From: Podarcis tiliguerta
Taxonomy: Eukaryota
NCBI GenBank assembly: GCA_965153285.1
Contig: OZ229116.1
Length of the DNA stretch: 64,000 nucleotides
Reading direction: 5' to 3' (one strand)
Part shown: positions 13,603 to 25,229 of the stretch, piece after piece
Position numbering within the stretch: the first letter of the stretch is position 1
How the letters are laid out: each line of letters starts with the position of its first letter
The notes under the pieces: model-generated
The model's database searches: none
The model's input: only the letters and a program-made list of their open reading frames with translations
What the model was told of the DNA's origin: nothing
Program-made: the position numbers and the translations under genes

Positions 13603-13854
13603 CATTGGTAGGCAAACTAAGGCCCGGGGGCCGGATGTGACCCAATTGCCTTCTTAATCCGGCCCGCGGACAATCTGGGAATCAGCATGTTTTTACATGA
13701 GTAGAATGTGTGCTTTTCTTTAAAATGCATCTCTGGGTTATTTGTGGGGCATAGGAATTCATTCATATTTTTTTTTCAAAATATAGTCTGGCCCCCCCGC
13801 AAGGTCTGAAGGACAGTGGACCAGACCCCTGCTGAAAAAGTTTCCTGACCCCTG
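13603..13854 (+). mobile_element. hAT-Charlie (OC1-like) non-autonomous DNA transposon
   Basis: Ends CATTGGTAGGCAAACT and AGTTTCCTGACCCCTG. Subterminal GGCCC motifs. Right end ATAGTCTGGCCC...GGTCTGAAGGACAGTG...AAAAAGTTT resembles OposCharlie1-type elements. No clear TSD. Confidence 0.75.
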
Positions 13855-13910
13855 TATAACGGAGTGTATTGACAAGGTCAAAAGAAGGTTGTTAGTCAAG
13901 CCCCACCTAA

Positions 13911-14753
13911 TTCAAAGGGAATTAGCCTCCACTGATCTAAGCAAAATGTTTACAGTGACGTAGCATGTTCTCCTTCATGGAAAGCATGTGTTGGGGTGGG
14001 GTCTAGCAAGTCATCCCTCTGTTGCTGGGCAGGTAAGATTAGATGGCCACGTTTGCAATTGGGCTCCTCTATGTTGTTGGGGAGATTTTAATGTTGCTAT
14101 TCCTAATTGGCAGCCTATTAGCTTTATATTCCCTTCGCGCAGCATCGAGCTTCCTCTTTTTGCTGTGCGCACTGGATCATCTGCCCACCCTCCCTATATT
14201 TAGGGTTGCTCGCATTGACCTTGCTATGCTTGTCATGGGGTCGTCTGGTTTGGGGGCAGGGGCCTGGTAGGAATTTTGTCCATTTGGCTGATTGGCTGTT
14301 GGCATTTGGTTTTTGCCTACTGCGTAGCAAATCGTCACAACTTGTAAGGTTGTGATTAGGCATTGCTTAATTTTTGGTTGGTGGAGGGGCATGGATTGGA
14401 GGTACCTGCCCCTCCAATGCTGCTGCTGCAAGGGTATTCCATTAAAGGAATCCAGGGGCTCACCATGCTCTTGTCCGAACCCCTGTCAAGGGGCTGGGGC
14501 CACACAAGAGCCCCTGGGAACATTTGGGGAGAGGTGAGGGCCTGGCATCCAGCTCCATTTTCTCCCCAACTTTTTTTCCCTTTCTGACTTTCGCGGGCGG
14601 GGACAGATAGTCGCAACCAATGCCTAGGCAACCACTCACATTTTTTTGTATTTTAATAAAGTTGTGGCCAAAATTATGCCAAAAACCTTAAACAAAAATT
14701 CTGTGTGAATTGTGTTTTATTTGAGGGTGGCTTGGGGACCTCGACATGCAACA
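13911..14753 (+). mobile_element. LTR-like element, copy A (left boundary uncertain: 13911 or 13989)
   Basis: TATA-like ATTAAAGG (~14441), AATAAAGTTGTGGCC (~14655), ends ...TGCAACA. CACCTAA occurs at 13904-13910 and 14754-14760. Shares motifs with copies at 24381 and 36406. Confidence 0.65.
14177..14392 (-). CDS. Putative 71-aa protein encoded antisense in LTR-like copy A
   Basis: MPLHQPKIKQCLITTLQVVTICYAVGKNQMPTANQPNGQN...SIARSMRATLNIGRVGR. Homologous to the frame in copy C, with many third-position differences. Confidence 0.4.
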   Translation of the reverse strand: MPLHQPKIKQCLITTLQVVTICYAVGKNQMPTANQPNGQNSYQAPAPKPDDPMTSIARSMRATLNIGRVGR

Positions 14754-15500
14754 CACCTAACATTCTTTTAAGATGGCTTCCATACCTGTTATGTTCTTGT
14801 AGTTCTTTTCAAGGATTCAAAAAACTGCAGTTTTCAAAACTGATTCAAGAATAGGGAAACTTAACTGTTACTGACTGTCACTGTCAAGTCAAGTTGTTTT
14901 GTTACAGTCAATGACCAGTATCAATAGAAAAATACCAGTTACAAAATTGACTGCCACTGAAAAGCTTAGGTGCTAATTAATGGCAGGTAGGATTTATTCC
15001 ATTAGTTTATCCGGCCATAAGTAGCCACCAAGCATGATTCTAAGACATTTCTGATTTATTCTATAGTACCCTTAAACCTTTGAGCAATTCTTTTTTTCAA
15101 TTTTCATGCTTTTTAATGCAAGGCCTATTGAGCCTCTTCTTATTATGGGTTTCTGATTGGCTTTATAGCCTGACCTCGCTTTCATTAGGATGCTACTTTT
15201 GCCTACAAACTGTAGATAAAGATAATAGGCAGAAAGAGGAACAACAGTATGGGTGAAAAGGAATCTGCCTCTGGTCTTGGTGCCTCCAGACATTTACAGC
15301 ATACAGTATCTGCATGGATGAGTGAGTTTGGTATAGGCATATCTTGGGCTCTCTTGGCTCAGTCAGGGCTCAGCTGGAGCTATGGTGGCAAGTCCAGTAA
15401 CCCATCTGAGCCAGGGCTATGCTGGATTATCCAGGGCTCAGCTGACAGATCTAAACTGGTGGAATTTATGCTGCCATAAGTAAAAAAGTGGGGGAACACC

Positions 15501-15646
15501 AAGTGCTTTTTTTCTTAAAAAATGTTTAGGGGTACTCTCATTTTCCTACTCATATTGAAATATTTCCCCTCAATGAGCCCAAACTTCGATCCACAAAATG
15601 TTTAGGGGTATGCGTACCCCTGCATCCCTCCAGAAAAAAAGCACTG
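15501..15646. mobile_element. hAT-like MITE
   Basis: TIR (C/A)AGTGCTTTTTTT...AAAAAAAGCACTG. Internal repeat AAAATGTTTAGGGGTA x2. Confidence 0.7.
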
Positions 15647-15662
15647 CTTACCCCTATTCCAA

Positions 15663-15666
15663 ATTA

Positions 15667-15697
<31 letters not shown>

Positions 15698-15805
15698 TTT
15701 ATTTATACCCCGCCCATCTGGCTGGGCTTCCCCAGCCACTCTGGGTGGCTTCCAACCAAATATTAAAATACAGTAATACATCAAACATTAAAAGCTTTCC
15801 TAAAC
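15663..15805 (-). mobile_element. 3' end of an L2-like LINE with (TAA/TAAA)n tail
   Basis: (TTA)n(TTTA)n followed by TATACCCCGCCCATCTGGCTGGG...GCCACTCTGGGTGGCTTCCAAC. Close match to 30015-30168. Confidence 0.75.
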
Positions 15806-15814
15806 CCATTTCAA

Positions 15815-16162
15815 GGGACGCGGGTGTAAAAGCCTTAGCGCCTAGGGCTTGCTGATCAAAAGGTCGGCGGTTCGAATCCCCGCGGCGGGGTGCGCTCCCG
15901 TTGTTCGGTCCCAGCGCCTGCCAACCTAGCAGTTCGAAAGCACCCCAGGTGCGAGTAGATAAATAGGGACCGCATACTAGCGGGAAGGTAAACGGCGTTT
16001 CCGTGTGCGGTTCTGGCTCACCAGAGCAGTGATGTCACACTGGCCACGTGACCTGGAAGTGTCTCCGGACAGCGCTGGCCCCCGGCCTCTTGAGTGAGAT
16101 GGGCGCACAACCCTAGAGTCTGTCAAAACTGGCCCGTACGGGCAGGGGTACCTTTACCTTTT
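15815..16162 (+). mobile_element. Sauria SINE
   Basis: GGGACGCGGGTG head, B-box GGTTCGAATCCC, Sauria body (CCAACCTAGCAGTTCGAAAGCAC, GGGAAGGTAAACGGCGTTTCCG), (ACCTTT)n tail. TSD TAAACCC(A/C)TTTCA at 15801-15813 and 16163-16175. Confidence 0.93.
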
Positions 16163-16796
16163 TAAACCCCTTTCAGATCAATCACACAATCTTACAACCC
16201 AACAGAACCCACAACAGCTAAAAGGATGGTGTAAGTGAAACTCTGTTTTAAAGGCTTGGTTTTTCCTCTGGCCCAGAGAGCAGTAGCACTGCTCCTGAAC
16301 AGAGTTTGGAATAGGGGTAACTCATGCCAGCTTATTTTAAGCAAACATACATTCCACTGGTTCCCTCTGTTTAGGATGGCTCTGACAAATGCCTTGGTGT
16401 TACCTCTGGATAAAGAAGTTTTAGCCATAATTATACCCTGGGAAAACTCCCCCCAAAATAAAAAAAATCATTTCCTCATGTCCATGAGCAACATTACTCA
16501 GTCACTGATTACACAAACCATAAGTAGTTTTCATATTTCTTGTTCTGCTCTGTGTTTGTGATCGTGTTCTATGGTAGAAACAACATTTCAACACAGAACC
16601 GTTAATTGTTTATTAAGTTGTCTTGTATTTCATTGATTTCTAAGTCAACTGAGACTTCCTTGAGTAAATCAGTAAATGGAATTATTATTAATACTAATGG
16701 TAATTTGAAGCTAAACATTGAGGGAACATGAGTATATTGATGTGTAGAGTGGGCATACTTCAAAATACACAGAACTCTTCATCAGACAGAATGGAT

Positions 16797-16919
16797 AAAT
16801 CACAGAATCACAGTTCGAAGGGGTCACAAGGGTCATCTAGTCCGTCCCCCCCCCCCCGCAACGTGGGGCTCCAACCCATGACCGTGAGATTATTAAGTCT
16901 CATGCTCTTCCAACTGAGC
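16797..16919 (-). mobile_element. tRNA-Lys(CTT)-derived SINE with CR1 3' tail
   Basis: Minus strand GCTCAGTTGGAAGAGCATGAGACTTAATAATCTCACGGTCATGGGTTGGAGCCCCACGTTG resembles tRNA-Lys-CTT. It is followed by the CR1-type end GGACTAGATGACCCTTG...GATTCTGTGATT. Confidence 0.75.
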
Positions 16920-18109
16920 AAAAAGCAAACAAAAACTTACAAAGCCACTCCTTCCACCACCCTCTGTTTGTTCCCATCTGCCTTTCTTGGAAAAACTGTA
17001 TTGATTCCATTTTATTACTGTTTACAAAACATGTTCAAATGTTCTGCATTTCTCTTGAAAAAAGCATGCAAAAATGAAGCCTTCCTGGGTAATTGTGAAA
17101 ATTACATTTTAATTATATACCTCCGCTTCCAGTTTTTCCTCACGTTGCTTAGAGAAGGTAAGCAAGAGGAAGAAATTACAGAATATTGCACTCACACTAA
17201 TTATGCAATTTAACTTACTTAATGTTGAGGTGCTCTGGGTATCATAAACAATCCAGCTTCCTCTGAAGAAGCCACTAAACATTTTCATGCCCGTGTGCTT
17301 GGCACATTGAGCATGAACCATAAAAATAAATATTGCTCTTACACCGTGTGGTGGGAATTATGTACTTCATGGTAGAGACGTGATTTCAACAGAAAATTCC
17401 CTAAGCGTGAGCCAGAGTCAATACTGCTACTGAGCAAAAGAAAAGAGAATCTGTGCAAATGGAGACATTCACAGCCAACTGTAACCTGATGTAGCCCCAT
17501 AATCTTAAATAAATGTCCCATGTAAGAAATCTGAGAATGGTAGCCCAAAATGCTATTCCAGAACACTGTCTCTTGTATCATTCAGTCATATCTATCTGCA
17601 GATAACATATAACCAATCATCAAGAAATTATAGTGCCTACATACTGAAATTTGCATGTGCAAAGAACAAAAAGATCCATGCTCGTTGTGTTAGTCCTCTT
17701 TCTAATTCTGTTCTTTCAAAACAATAACACATTATAGGTTTGTTTGTGTTTCAGCCTCAACAAGAATTCTTCAAGGTCTTATCTATACTTTAATAGGGAC
17801 AACAAAAGAGAAACCATCAAAGTCTTCTCCTTTGCTAAGAAACCTGGAAAAACTTTCCATAGACATGATGGAGACCCATCCAGACACCTATGTAACTGGT
17901 GTTTTATACTAGTCTGAAAGAAACATCACAAATATCCTTGGATAGTTTCATGACTTAACATAAGAGCACAGGGGGTCAAAGTGAGTACCAAGGATGGAAG
18001 AAAAATGCCATGACTAAAGGCATCTACTCTCCACACCCAGTTCCAGGAGCAGATATGGCCTGGGAGGGTGTGTGGCTGGGCAGAGTCCCAAGGACCAGGC
18101 AGAGAGTTC

Positions 18110-18280
18110 TGGAGGGCTACATTTGGCTCCTGGGCCTGATGTTTCCCTATCCCTGGTCTACCTACAGCAGTATCCAGGATCTCAGGCAAAGGTACCTGCT
18201 CTTTCAACTGGATTGAACCCTGGGCCGCGTTTTTGCATGCAAAGCTTGTGTTCTGACACTAAGCTCTAGTCATTCCCCAG
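18110..18280 (-). mobile_element. Old tRNA-derived SINE
   Basis: GGATTGAACCCTGGG...TTTTGCATGCAAAGC...ACTAAGCT is the reverse complement of a tRNA-like SINE head. Confidence 0.6.
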
Positions 18281-19148
18281 GCCAGAATGCTTTTTAGATC
18301 ACAGTCTAAATATTCTAGAAACCCTGATGAATTATGTGGAAACCTTTTATTTCATATTGCTGTCAACAGTTATTCAGCAACTGAGACCTCTGTCTGGCTC
18401 ATTATTACCAAAGGAAAATTCATATTTCTGGAGGAGAAATGTTAAATATCTTTTTTCCTCATATCCATTGCAAACATCTGCTTGCGCCGGTTAGCATATT
18501 CACAAAGAGTGTAACAAATCTTCAAATTAGGACAAAAGGACTAATACACAAAACTGGGAATGCTGCCATTGTATTTTTCTTTTAGGTAAAAAAAACAACA
18601 ACACACAAAAAACCCAGCTCATTTCATCTATGCTCAGATGTTTAGAGTTAAAATTACAGTTCAAGTAATATTGAATCGGATATTGAAAAGCCACAGCGAT
18701 TTGCAAAAGAAAATTAAAAAATAAATCTAAAGCAATTTTAGAGGCTTTGGGCTCCAAGATTAGGAGTAAGCTCCGATATATATGGGGAACAAACAGAAGG
18801 ATTATTTCTCAATAAAAATCAATCCAGGGCTAATCTTAGGGCAGCATTTATTTTGGATTCTTCCTCATCTACCCCCACCTCCAATAGAATGCTTAACATT
18901 TAAAGTTTAAAAAATCAGCTCTGCCCCTTCCAAAATTGAATACACTTCCACTTTCAGAACACAACTCAGAATAATGTGACTTAATTAATAATAGCTTGAT
19001 CCTATATGTGTCATTTACTCGGACGTAAGTTCCTCTGATTTATTCTCTGAAGTGGGCATACAATACAGTGAGACTTCTCTGACACACACAGGGTCATAGC
19101 TTTTTCAGCCATGTCATCCTGGATCCAGGTCAGCTGCAATATAATGAT

Positions 19149-19396
19149 GACAGTTTGGTGTAGTGGTTAAGACTGGTAGACTCCTAATCTGGTGAACCGG
19201 GTTCGCGTCTCCGCTCCTCCACATGCAGCTGCTGGGTGACCTTGGGCTAGTCACACTTCTCTGAAGTCTCTCAGCCCCACTCACCACACAGAGTGTTTGT
19301 TGTGGGGGAAGAAGGGAAAAGAGAATGTTAGCTGCTTTGAGACTCCTTCAGGTAGTGATAAAGTGGGATATCAAATCCAAACTCCTCTTCTTCTTC
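19149..19396 (+). mobile_element. CORE-type tRNA SINE (Squam3-like)
   Basis: A-box TGGTGTAGTGGTTAAG, B-box GGGTTCGCGTCTCC, CORE-like GGGTGACCTTGGGCTAGTCAC, (CTT)n tail. Confidence 0.85.
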
Positions 19397-22092
19397 ACCC
19401 TAAGTTGCCATGGTGGGTTACCACAATTAAAACACAGCATTCATATTAAAACACCTAATATGACAAAGGATTTTAAACAACCCAAAATCTGCACTTGTGG
19501 TCTAACATCCTTAGACCCTTTTCCATTTGTTTCTTTTTCAATAGATTTTTCACGAGCAATGCAATCTGATGCATGAGAGGGGTTTCATGAGACCGCTAAG
19601 TGAGTGTCCATAGGATTGCGACTTGAATCTTATCATCTATACAACCATACCAGTTATATACTCCTGAATGCCTGTGCTTATGTTGATACCTACAGAAAAG
19701 AGGATGTATGGGCCGATCAAAAGAGATGCCACCTGGCTTCCTTAACGGAGGCAAAGGTGTGAACCAGGAGTGACTTGTCTAGCAGAGTGGCTGTCACTGC
19801 TACTTATCAGGATAGTATCATGGTGGGGGCTGAAGGTGTATAGGAGCAACAGATTGGATATGTGGTGCCCTCACATAGCCCTGACCTTACCAGGGACTGT
19901 GGTCAGGAGGGCAGCAACACAGTACCATCCTGGCATTCTGGTGGTCCCATGCCTGATGAGAAGGTGGGAACCACTCTGTTTGCTCATGTTACTAGAGGGC
20001 AACCAGTGTATGCCTGCTACGTTCTTGCCCTTTGTGACTAGGCCAGAGCTGGCTCACTCTTCAAACAAAATGTGAATTTTCTGAGTCAGCGTGCTGAGGA
20101 AATAGCAGAGGAATGTGCTTCCTTAACAATGTTTCTTATTATTCTTTGTCAGGGCCCATAATTTAAATAATCAGTTGATCTTTCAACACTTCCAACTAAA
20201 TCTATTTTTAGTCATAATCCTTTTTTAAAAAAGGAGATTGCCTATCTTGTTTCTCCACAAACTAGATAAAGTATAATGTGATTTTCAGCATCTGCGCAAA
20301 TGAAAATCTTTTTAAAAACTGCTTTTAAGCTGAATGTGTGTGTTCCTTCATCACACAGCTTTCATGGCAAATGCCATTCCCCCCTCTCTTTTTTGAAAGA
20401 AAAAATCCATTTATGCTGGAAAAAACCACATTTGCATTTTATTAATTATGTTTAAATACAACTACAGCACCAAGGCAAACAAGGCCGATGAATTGTGCTC
20501 AGGTATGTATAAAGAGGAGGCACGAATTGTTAAAAACAACAAGCAAATTTAATTAAGAAGGGAAGTTCAGAGGCACAGCAGAATAGGAATTAGTTTCATG
20601 ACATGCAAGTAAGGATTTAATTTCTGAAAAGGAAAGACATCCTTTTGTAACAACGTAATTATCAGTGCAGCCAGAAAATCCATTTGCTTATAGATTAAAA
20701 TCTGGATAAGTGGCTCCAAATGTGCGATTAAATGCTTCAAACACTCAGCCATGGAATATTTGACAACAATAATATCCGATGGGACATATCTGAAAATATT
20801 AGGATCAGATCCTCTCTCTGATCTCCACAAGGCTTATTAATACACCTAAAGATAAAAGCCAGATTTGTCCAAATCCATTTGGATGTGAAACAGGGCCAGT
20901 GAGGGGTAGAGCCTAGGGAGCAGGTGTCGTGTGGGGAGAGATCTGCATGCCTGATAGAAAGGTTTGAGGGCCACATTTGGTCACTGGGTCTAAGCCTTAA
21001 ACGTAGGTCCTTTGCTTCAGGGAACTAGATGCAAACACCTATCAGAGTGATGCTCTGCCTGCTTTTTGGCCCTGGCCTCTCTGATTCCATCTTTGACCAA
21101 ACATCATTCTGTAGCTCAGCAGGAGAAAAGAGAGAGCTATTACAAGAATGATAGCACTTTATATTTAGAGATATTTATATAAAGACAACCTTTTCCCCCC
21201 CTTGAAACTCCTCAATAGAGTTGATTGTTTTAGTGCTCTATTAACCACACAAAATTATGCTTTTCCCAGTAGGATTTTTTTCTGGAACACAATACTGCAG
21301 CAAAGCCTTTATGGTATATTACAAGTTGTAAAAGAGCCTAATTAATAACTCAGTGGACTGGATTCCCTACAGGCCTGTAGGCAGAGCTCTAGTGAAGTCT
21401 AGCACATACTTAAAAGAAAATGTGCATCTCTCACTTCAGTGGGATATTTGCACATTGGTTCCCAGCAGACTGCGCCCAGAAAGTTGGGCCCAATATTCTC
21501 TTTTCGACGAACACTTGACAAACTCCCGCTGTGTTTCTTGCCACCAGCGGCTAACTTTCTCACAACACGAATACTTGCCGATTAAATAAAACTTGCCCAC
21601 ACTTAACTATCTGGGTGCAATCCTGATGATCCAACAGCTTTGACTGCTTCATCATTTAAGCATTGAGATTATAGCCTTTTTCTTCCTGATTTGTCAAGCA
21701 CAGCAGATGCTCTTGCTTTAATTAATAACTAGCATTCAGTGACCCATCAGTCACACTGACCCTAATTAAAAGCAGCTCAGAGAGTGTACATGTGTACTTT
21801 ATCAATAGCGGTGGGAAGTGATGAGCATCAGCTGCTGAAGTACATGGTGTCATGTGCTTCAGCCTGACCTTTTTAACAGAATATGAGCACTCCCATAGTA
21901 TGGGCTTGTAAGACACTACATTTGGGCTCATTAGATCAACTAATCATTCTGTGGCACTCAGGTGGACCATTTCAGATGAATTTAGTCTAGAAATGTGGAA
22001 AAACACAGGGATGAAGTATCGCAAGTAGTAAAAGATTAGATTTTGGTTCATTCTTAATATCAAGCTAAGAATGCCACAATGCTTTAAAATAC

Positions 22093-22217
22093 GAGTATGA
22101 AATTTGTGGCTCTCTAGATGTTGTTGTACTACAACTCCTATCACCCCAGGCTATTGGCCCTATTAGTTGGGGCTGATGGAAGTTGGAGTCCAACAACACC
22201 ACAAGTTCCATACGCCT
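22093..22217. mobile_element. Palindromic hAT-derived MITE (CTACAACTCC...GGAGTTG family)
   Basis: Long imperfect inverted repeat. Same family as 34494-34992, 39510-39636 and 55607-55728. Confidence 0.7.
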
Positions 22218-22317
22218 AACTGAAAGAGATGAGCAGTGCGATGCTGTACATATCTCCTCAGCTCTAAGACCAGGTCAACTGGGCTTACTTCTATGTAAGT
22301 GTATATAGGAGTACAAC

Positions 22318-22493
22318 CAGTGGCAGAGGAAGAGGAGTGTTGGGGGAGTGCACGGCCCCCGGTGGGGTGCCATCACGGCTGCCCCCCCTTGCTAGGCACC
22401 ACGCCCCTGCAGGCTGCATGCCATGCCCCTGCGGGCAGCGCGCCACGCCCCCAGGATGCGCACCAGCCCCGCCCCACCTGCTCTCCGCCACTA
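22318..22493. mobile_element. hAT (Tip100-like) MITE
   Basis: TIR CAGTGGCAGAG...CTCCGCCACTA. 8-bp TSD AGT(A/G)CAAC at 22310-22317 and 22494-22501. Confidence 0.85.
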
Positions 22494-22546
22494 AGTGCAA
22501 CCAGATTTTTAAAGAGCAAAGCAATTTAGAAGCTCTGGAAAAAGTA

Positions 22547-22755
22547 CAGTGGTACCTTGGGTTACATACGCTTCAGATTACAGACGCTTCAGGTTACAGA
22601 CTCCGCTAACCCAGAAATAGTACCTCGGGTTAAGAACTTTGCTTCAGGATGAGAACAGAAATTGCACAAGAGGCCCCATTAGCTAAAATGGTGCTTCAAG
22701 TTAAGAACAGTTTCGGGTTAAGAACAAATTAAGTTCTTAACCCGAGGTACCACTG
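22547..22755. mobile_element. Tigger/pogo-like MITE
   Basis: TIR CAGTGGTACCT...AGGTACCACTG with TA TSD. Homologous to 26623-26847. Confidence 0.9.
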
Positions 22756-24380
22756 TATTTGGAAATACTGTTATTCTCTAGTTGAGGTTACAAAAAAGTA
22801 CTGAATAAAGCTATCGAGGAAAAGCTAAAATTTCTTCCTCAAAGTTTAATTTACAGGTTTTTAAAAATATATCTGCCTTTAGCAGATGTCAAACGCTTTC
22901 CAGGATATGACACAGTTATGTCAAGAGAAAGTAAATTATTTCTGCTCTTGGTTGGTCGGTTCATGTCAAGCGCTGACTAACTTTCCATTTTTCTTGATTC
23001 CTGAGACATCATTCCTGCATTTGTCAAAACCAGCTACAAGTTGACAGGCAAGGAGGTTACTGAGGTGGGAGACAGGATAAAACACTTTCTAAAAGAAAAA
23101 TAAAGAAAAAACCTCAATGTTCAAAGACATTTTGAATTGTTAAAAACCAATGAGAAACATCTCAAGACTGAAGTAGTATGTCCTCACTGAGTGTCTTCTG
23201 CTCTATCAAATGAACAACAAATTTGTTACTAAAAGATGTCAGAAATTGAAGGAAATGTATTCACTATGTATGAGTCTGTGCCAGGGGGAGTTGCTTTTGA
23301 ATATGAATGTTCAGAAGAGAGCTAAACATGATCTAATTATTAACAACTCTTGACATGGAAAAAAAAAACCATTCCCTAAAGCAGTGAATATTAAGAAAGA
23401 TGTTGCTTAACTGTTCTATTGCAGAGGGAGCAGCTGGCTTAACTCCACTTTTATTGAAAATAAAATATGAAATCTAGTAAGAATGCCAAAGTTTAGAGAT
23501 ACATTTCCATCAGAATGCATGCCAGGCCATGAGCATAGCTGTCTTCTATCCCTCAAACAGTTTCATCTATGTATCTTTGCAAACTGTCATGTCAAGATGC
23601 CTAGCTAGGCTGCCGCATTATGTCAGATGATAGTATGACAACTTACTTATCAGACGGCGGTATGGTAGTTTTAGAGCAAACCCAGAACAAGGGAACAGAA
23701 ACACAAAATTTATGATGTAATCCTGGGCACCATTGCTTGGGAGGAAGTGCCACGGAACACAAAAATATAATTTCTAGCTGAGAATACCACCGGATGTCGT
23801 ATTGTAACGATTGGCAGCAAATCCTAGCATCACATTGCCAAACCACAATTGTTGCTTTTTAAACTTCTTATTGGCTCCTGACTCATAGACTCCCACCCAG
23901 TGAGAGTCTACTCAATATTGATCAGGCACCGTAACTACAGCAGTTGTTCTTTTATTCAATAGCATTAATTCATTTCCTTCCCCTAGAACCAGCAAAATCT
24001 TTAATAGCCTTGAGAGAGTAATCATAATCAAAATACAATTATGCAGTTAGTCTGTAAAAGATGGCATGTTGTGTTCAAGCAACTTTAGCAGTCACAAAAT
24101 CAGAGTGTGATTCTTACATCTCTCCATATGAAGCATTTGACAAGCTCCGCTCACCTTAATACATGGTGCAGCATTTGCCGTACGGTGCTGACTGCCACCA
24201 TTGCTGGGCTCTAAGTGTCAGCTTCTTAATGGTCAGCAAGAAATGCCATGCTCTCTCCCATAGCCAAGAATATTTCAATTTGACCCACCTGCAAACTAGG
24301 CACCTTCAAGGGGAGGATAAGACAGATGAGCATGTAAAAGTTAAGGACCAATTTTTGATCCGTAAGCTTAAGCTGGGTTT

Positions 24381-25229
24381 TATTGCATGGAGTCCTCCCA
24401 ACCCCAGGCGACCCCTGAGTGGAATAATGACTCAAGACAACGTGCTATGGGATTAAAATTGGCCACAACTTTATTAAGTTTCAGATGTAGGGAGACCTTG
24501 GCTCAGGCATTGGGCGTTTATCCTTCCCAGTCCCCAGCTGGGGATCTGGGGGACATCAGGGTTATTCAGAACGTGTGGGGATTGGGCTGGCTCTGGAGAA
24601 CATATGTTCAAGCAGAGAGCCCGCCCCCCGTTTTGCCGCCATCTCAGGGGAGAGCAATGGCAACCTCTTGGCATATGGCCAATGCCTCCTCTCAAGACCC
24701 CTTTAATGGGGAACCTTGGGATCAACACCGCAAGGGGGACATGGGTCACTGCTTCATGCCCCCCCCCCCCAATTTAGGGAAGATAGACTAAAGGATTCTG
24801 CCCAAGGCCTGAAACCACCAAAGTTGTGACATTTTGCTACAGGGAAGGCAAAACCTGCCAATGCAGGAAAATTCATTTCCATCATGTAGCAGCTCCCACG
24901 TACCTGTGGAGAAGAGGTTAACCTGCAAAAGAAGGCTTAACTGAGGGAAGGCAGAGTGGGAGAAGCTCTGGAGCCAACTGACGCTTCGTAGGTAAGATTC
25001 ACCTTCCATTGTGTGGGCAGGGCGGTTCCTCCCCCTACCTGGCCAATCCCCTGGCAGCGCCTCCCTAGGCGGCATTGGGTGATTGGCTGAGGTAGGCATA
25101 GGTGGAGACCTCCAGGTATCTGGCCTGGGGAGGGCGAAGCCAGCCCGTACTACCAGGAGCCGCATTGGGATCTGGGGGGCTGCGCATGACCATGCAAAAG
25201 GCGCCCCCATTTGATGTGGGGAGTGGTCA
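24381..25229 (-). mobile_element. LTR-like element, copy B
   Basis: Begins TATTGCATG (cf. TGTTGC). Contains GGCCACAACTTTATT, AGGCATTGG and AAGTTGTGACATTTTGCTAC shared with copies A and C. Right boundary approximate. Confidence 0.6.

Noticed and set aside
16859-16919. Functional tRNA-Lys gene
   Set aside because: The 5' acceptor stem is missing, the anticodon loop and B-box are mutated, and it is fused to a CR1 tail.
16728-17213. 161-aa ORF
   Set aside because: It runs through a SINE and a poly-C tract and has no recognisable domain.
20567-20830. Helical-looking minus-strand ORF (YVPSDIIVVKYSMAECLKHL...) after a possible splice acceptor
   Set aside because: No recognisable family, and no linked exons could be established.
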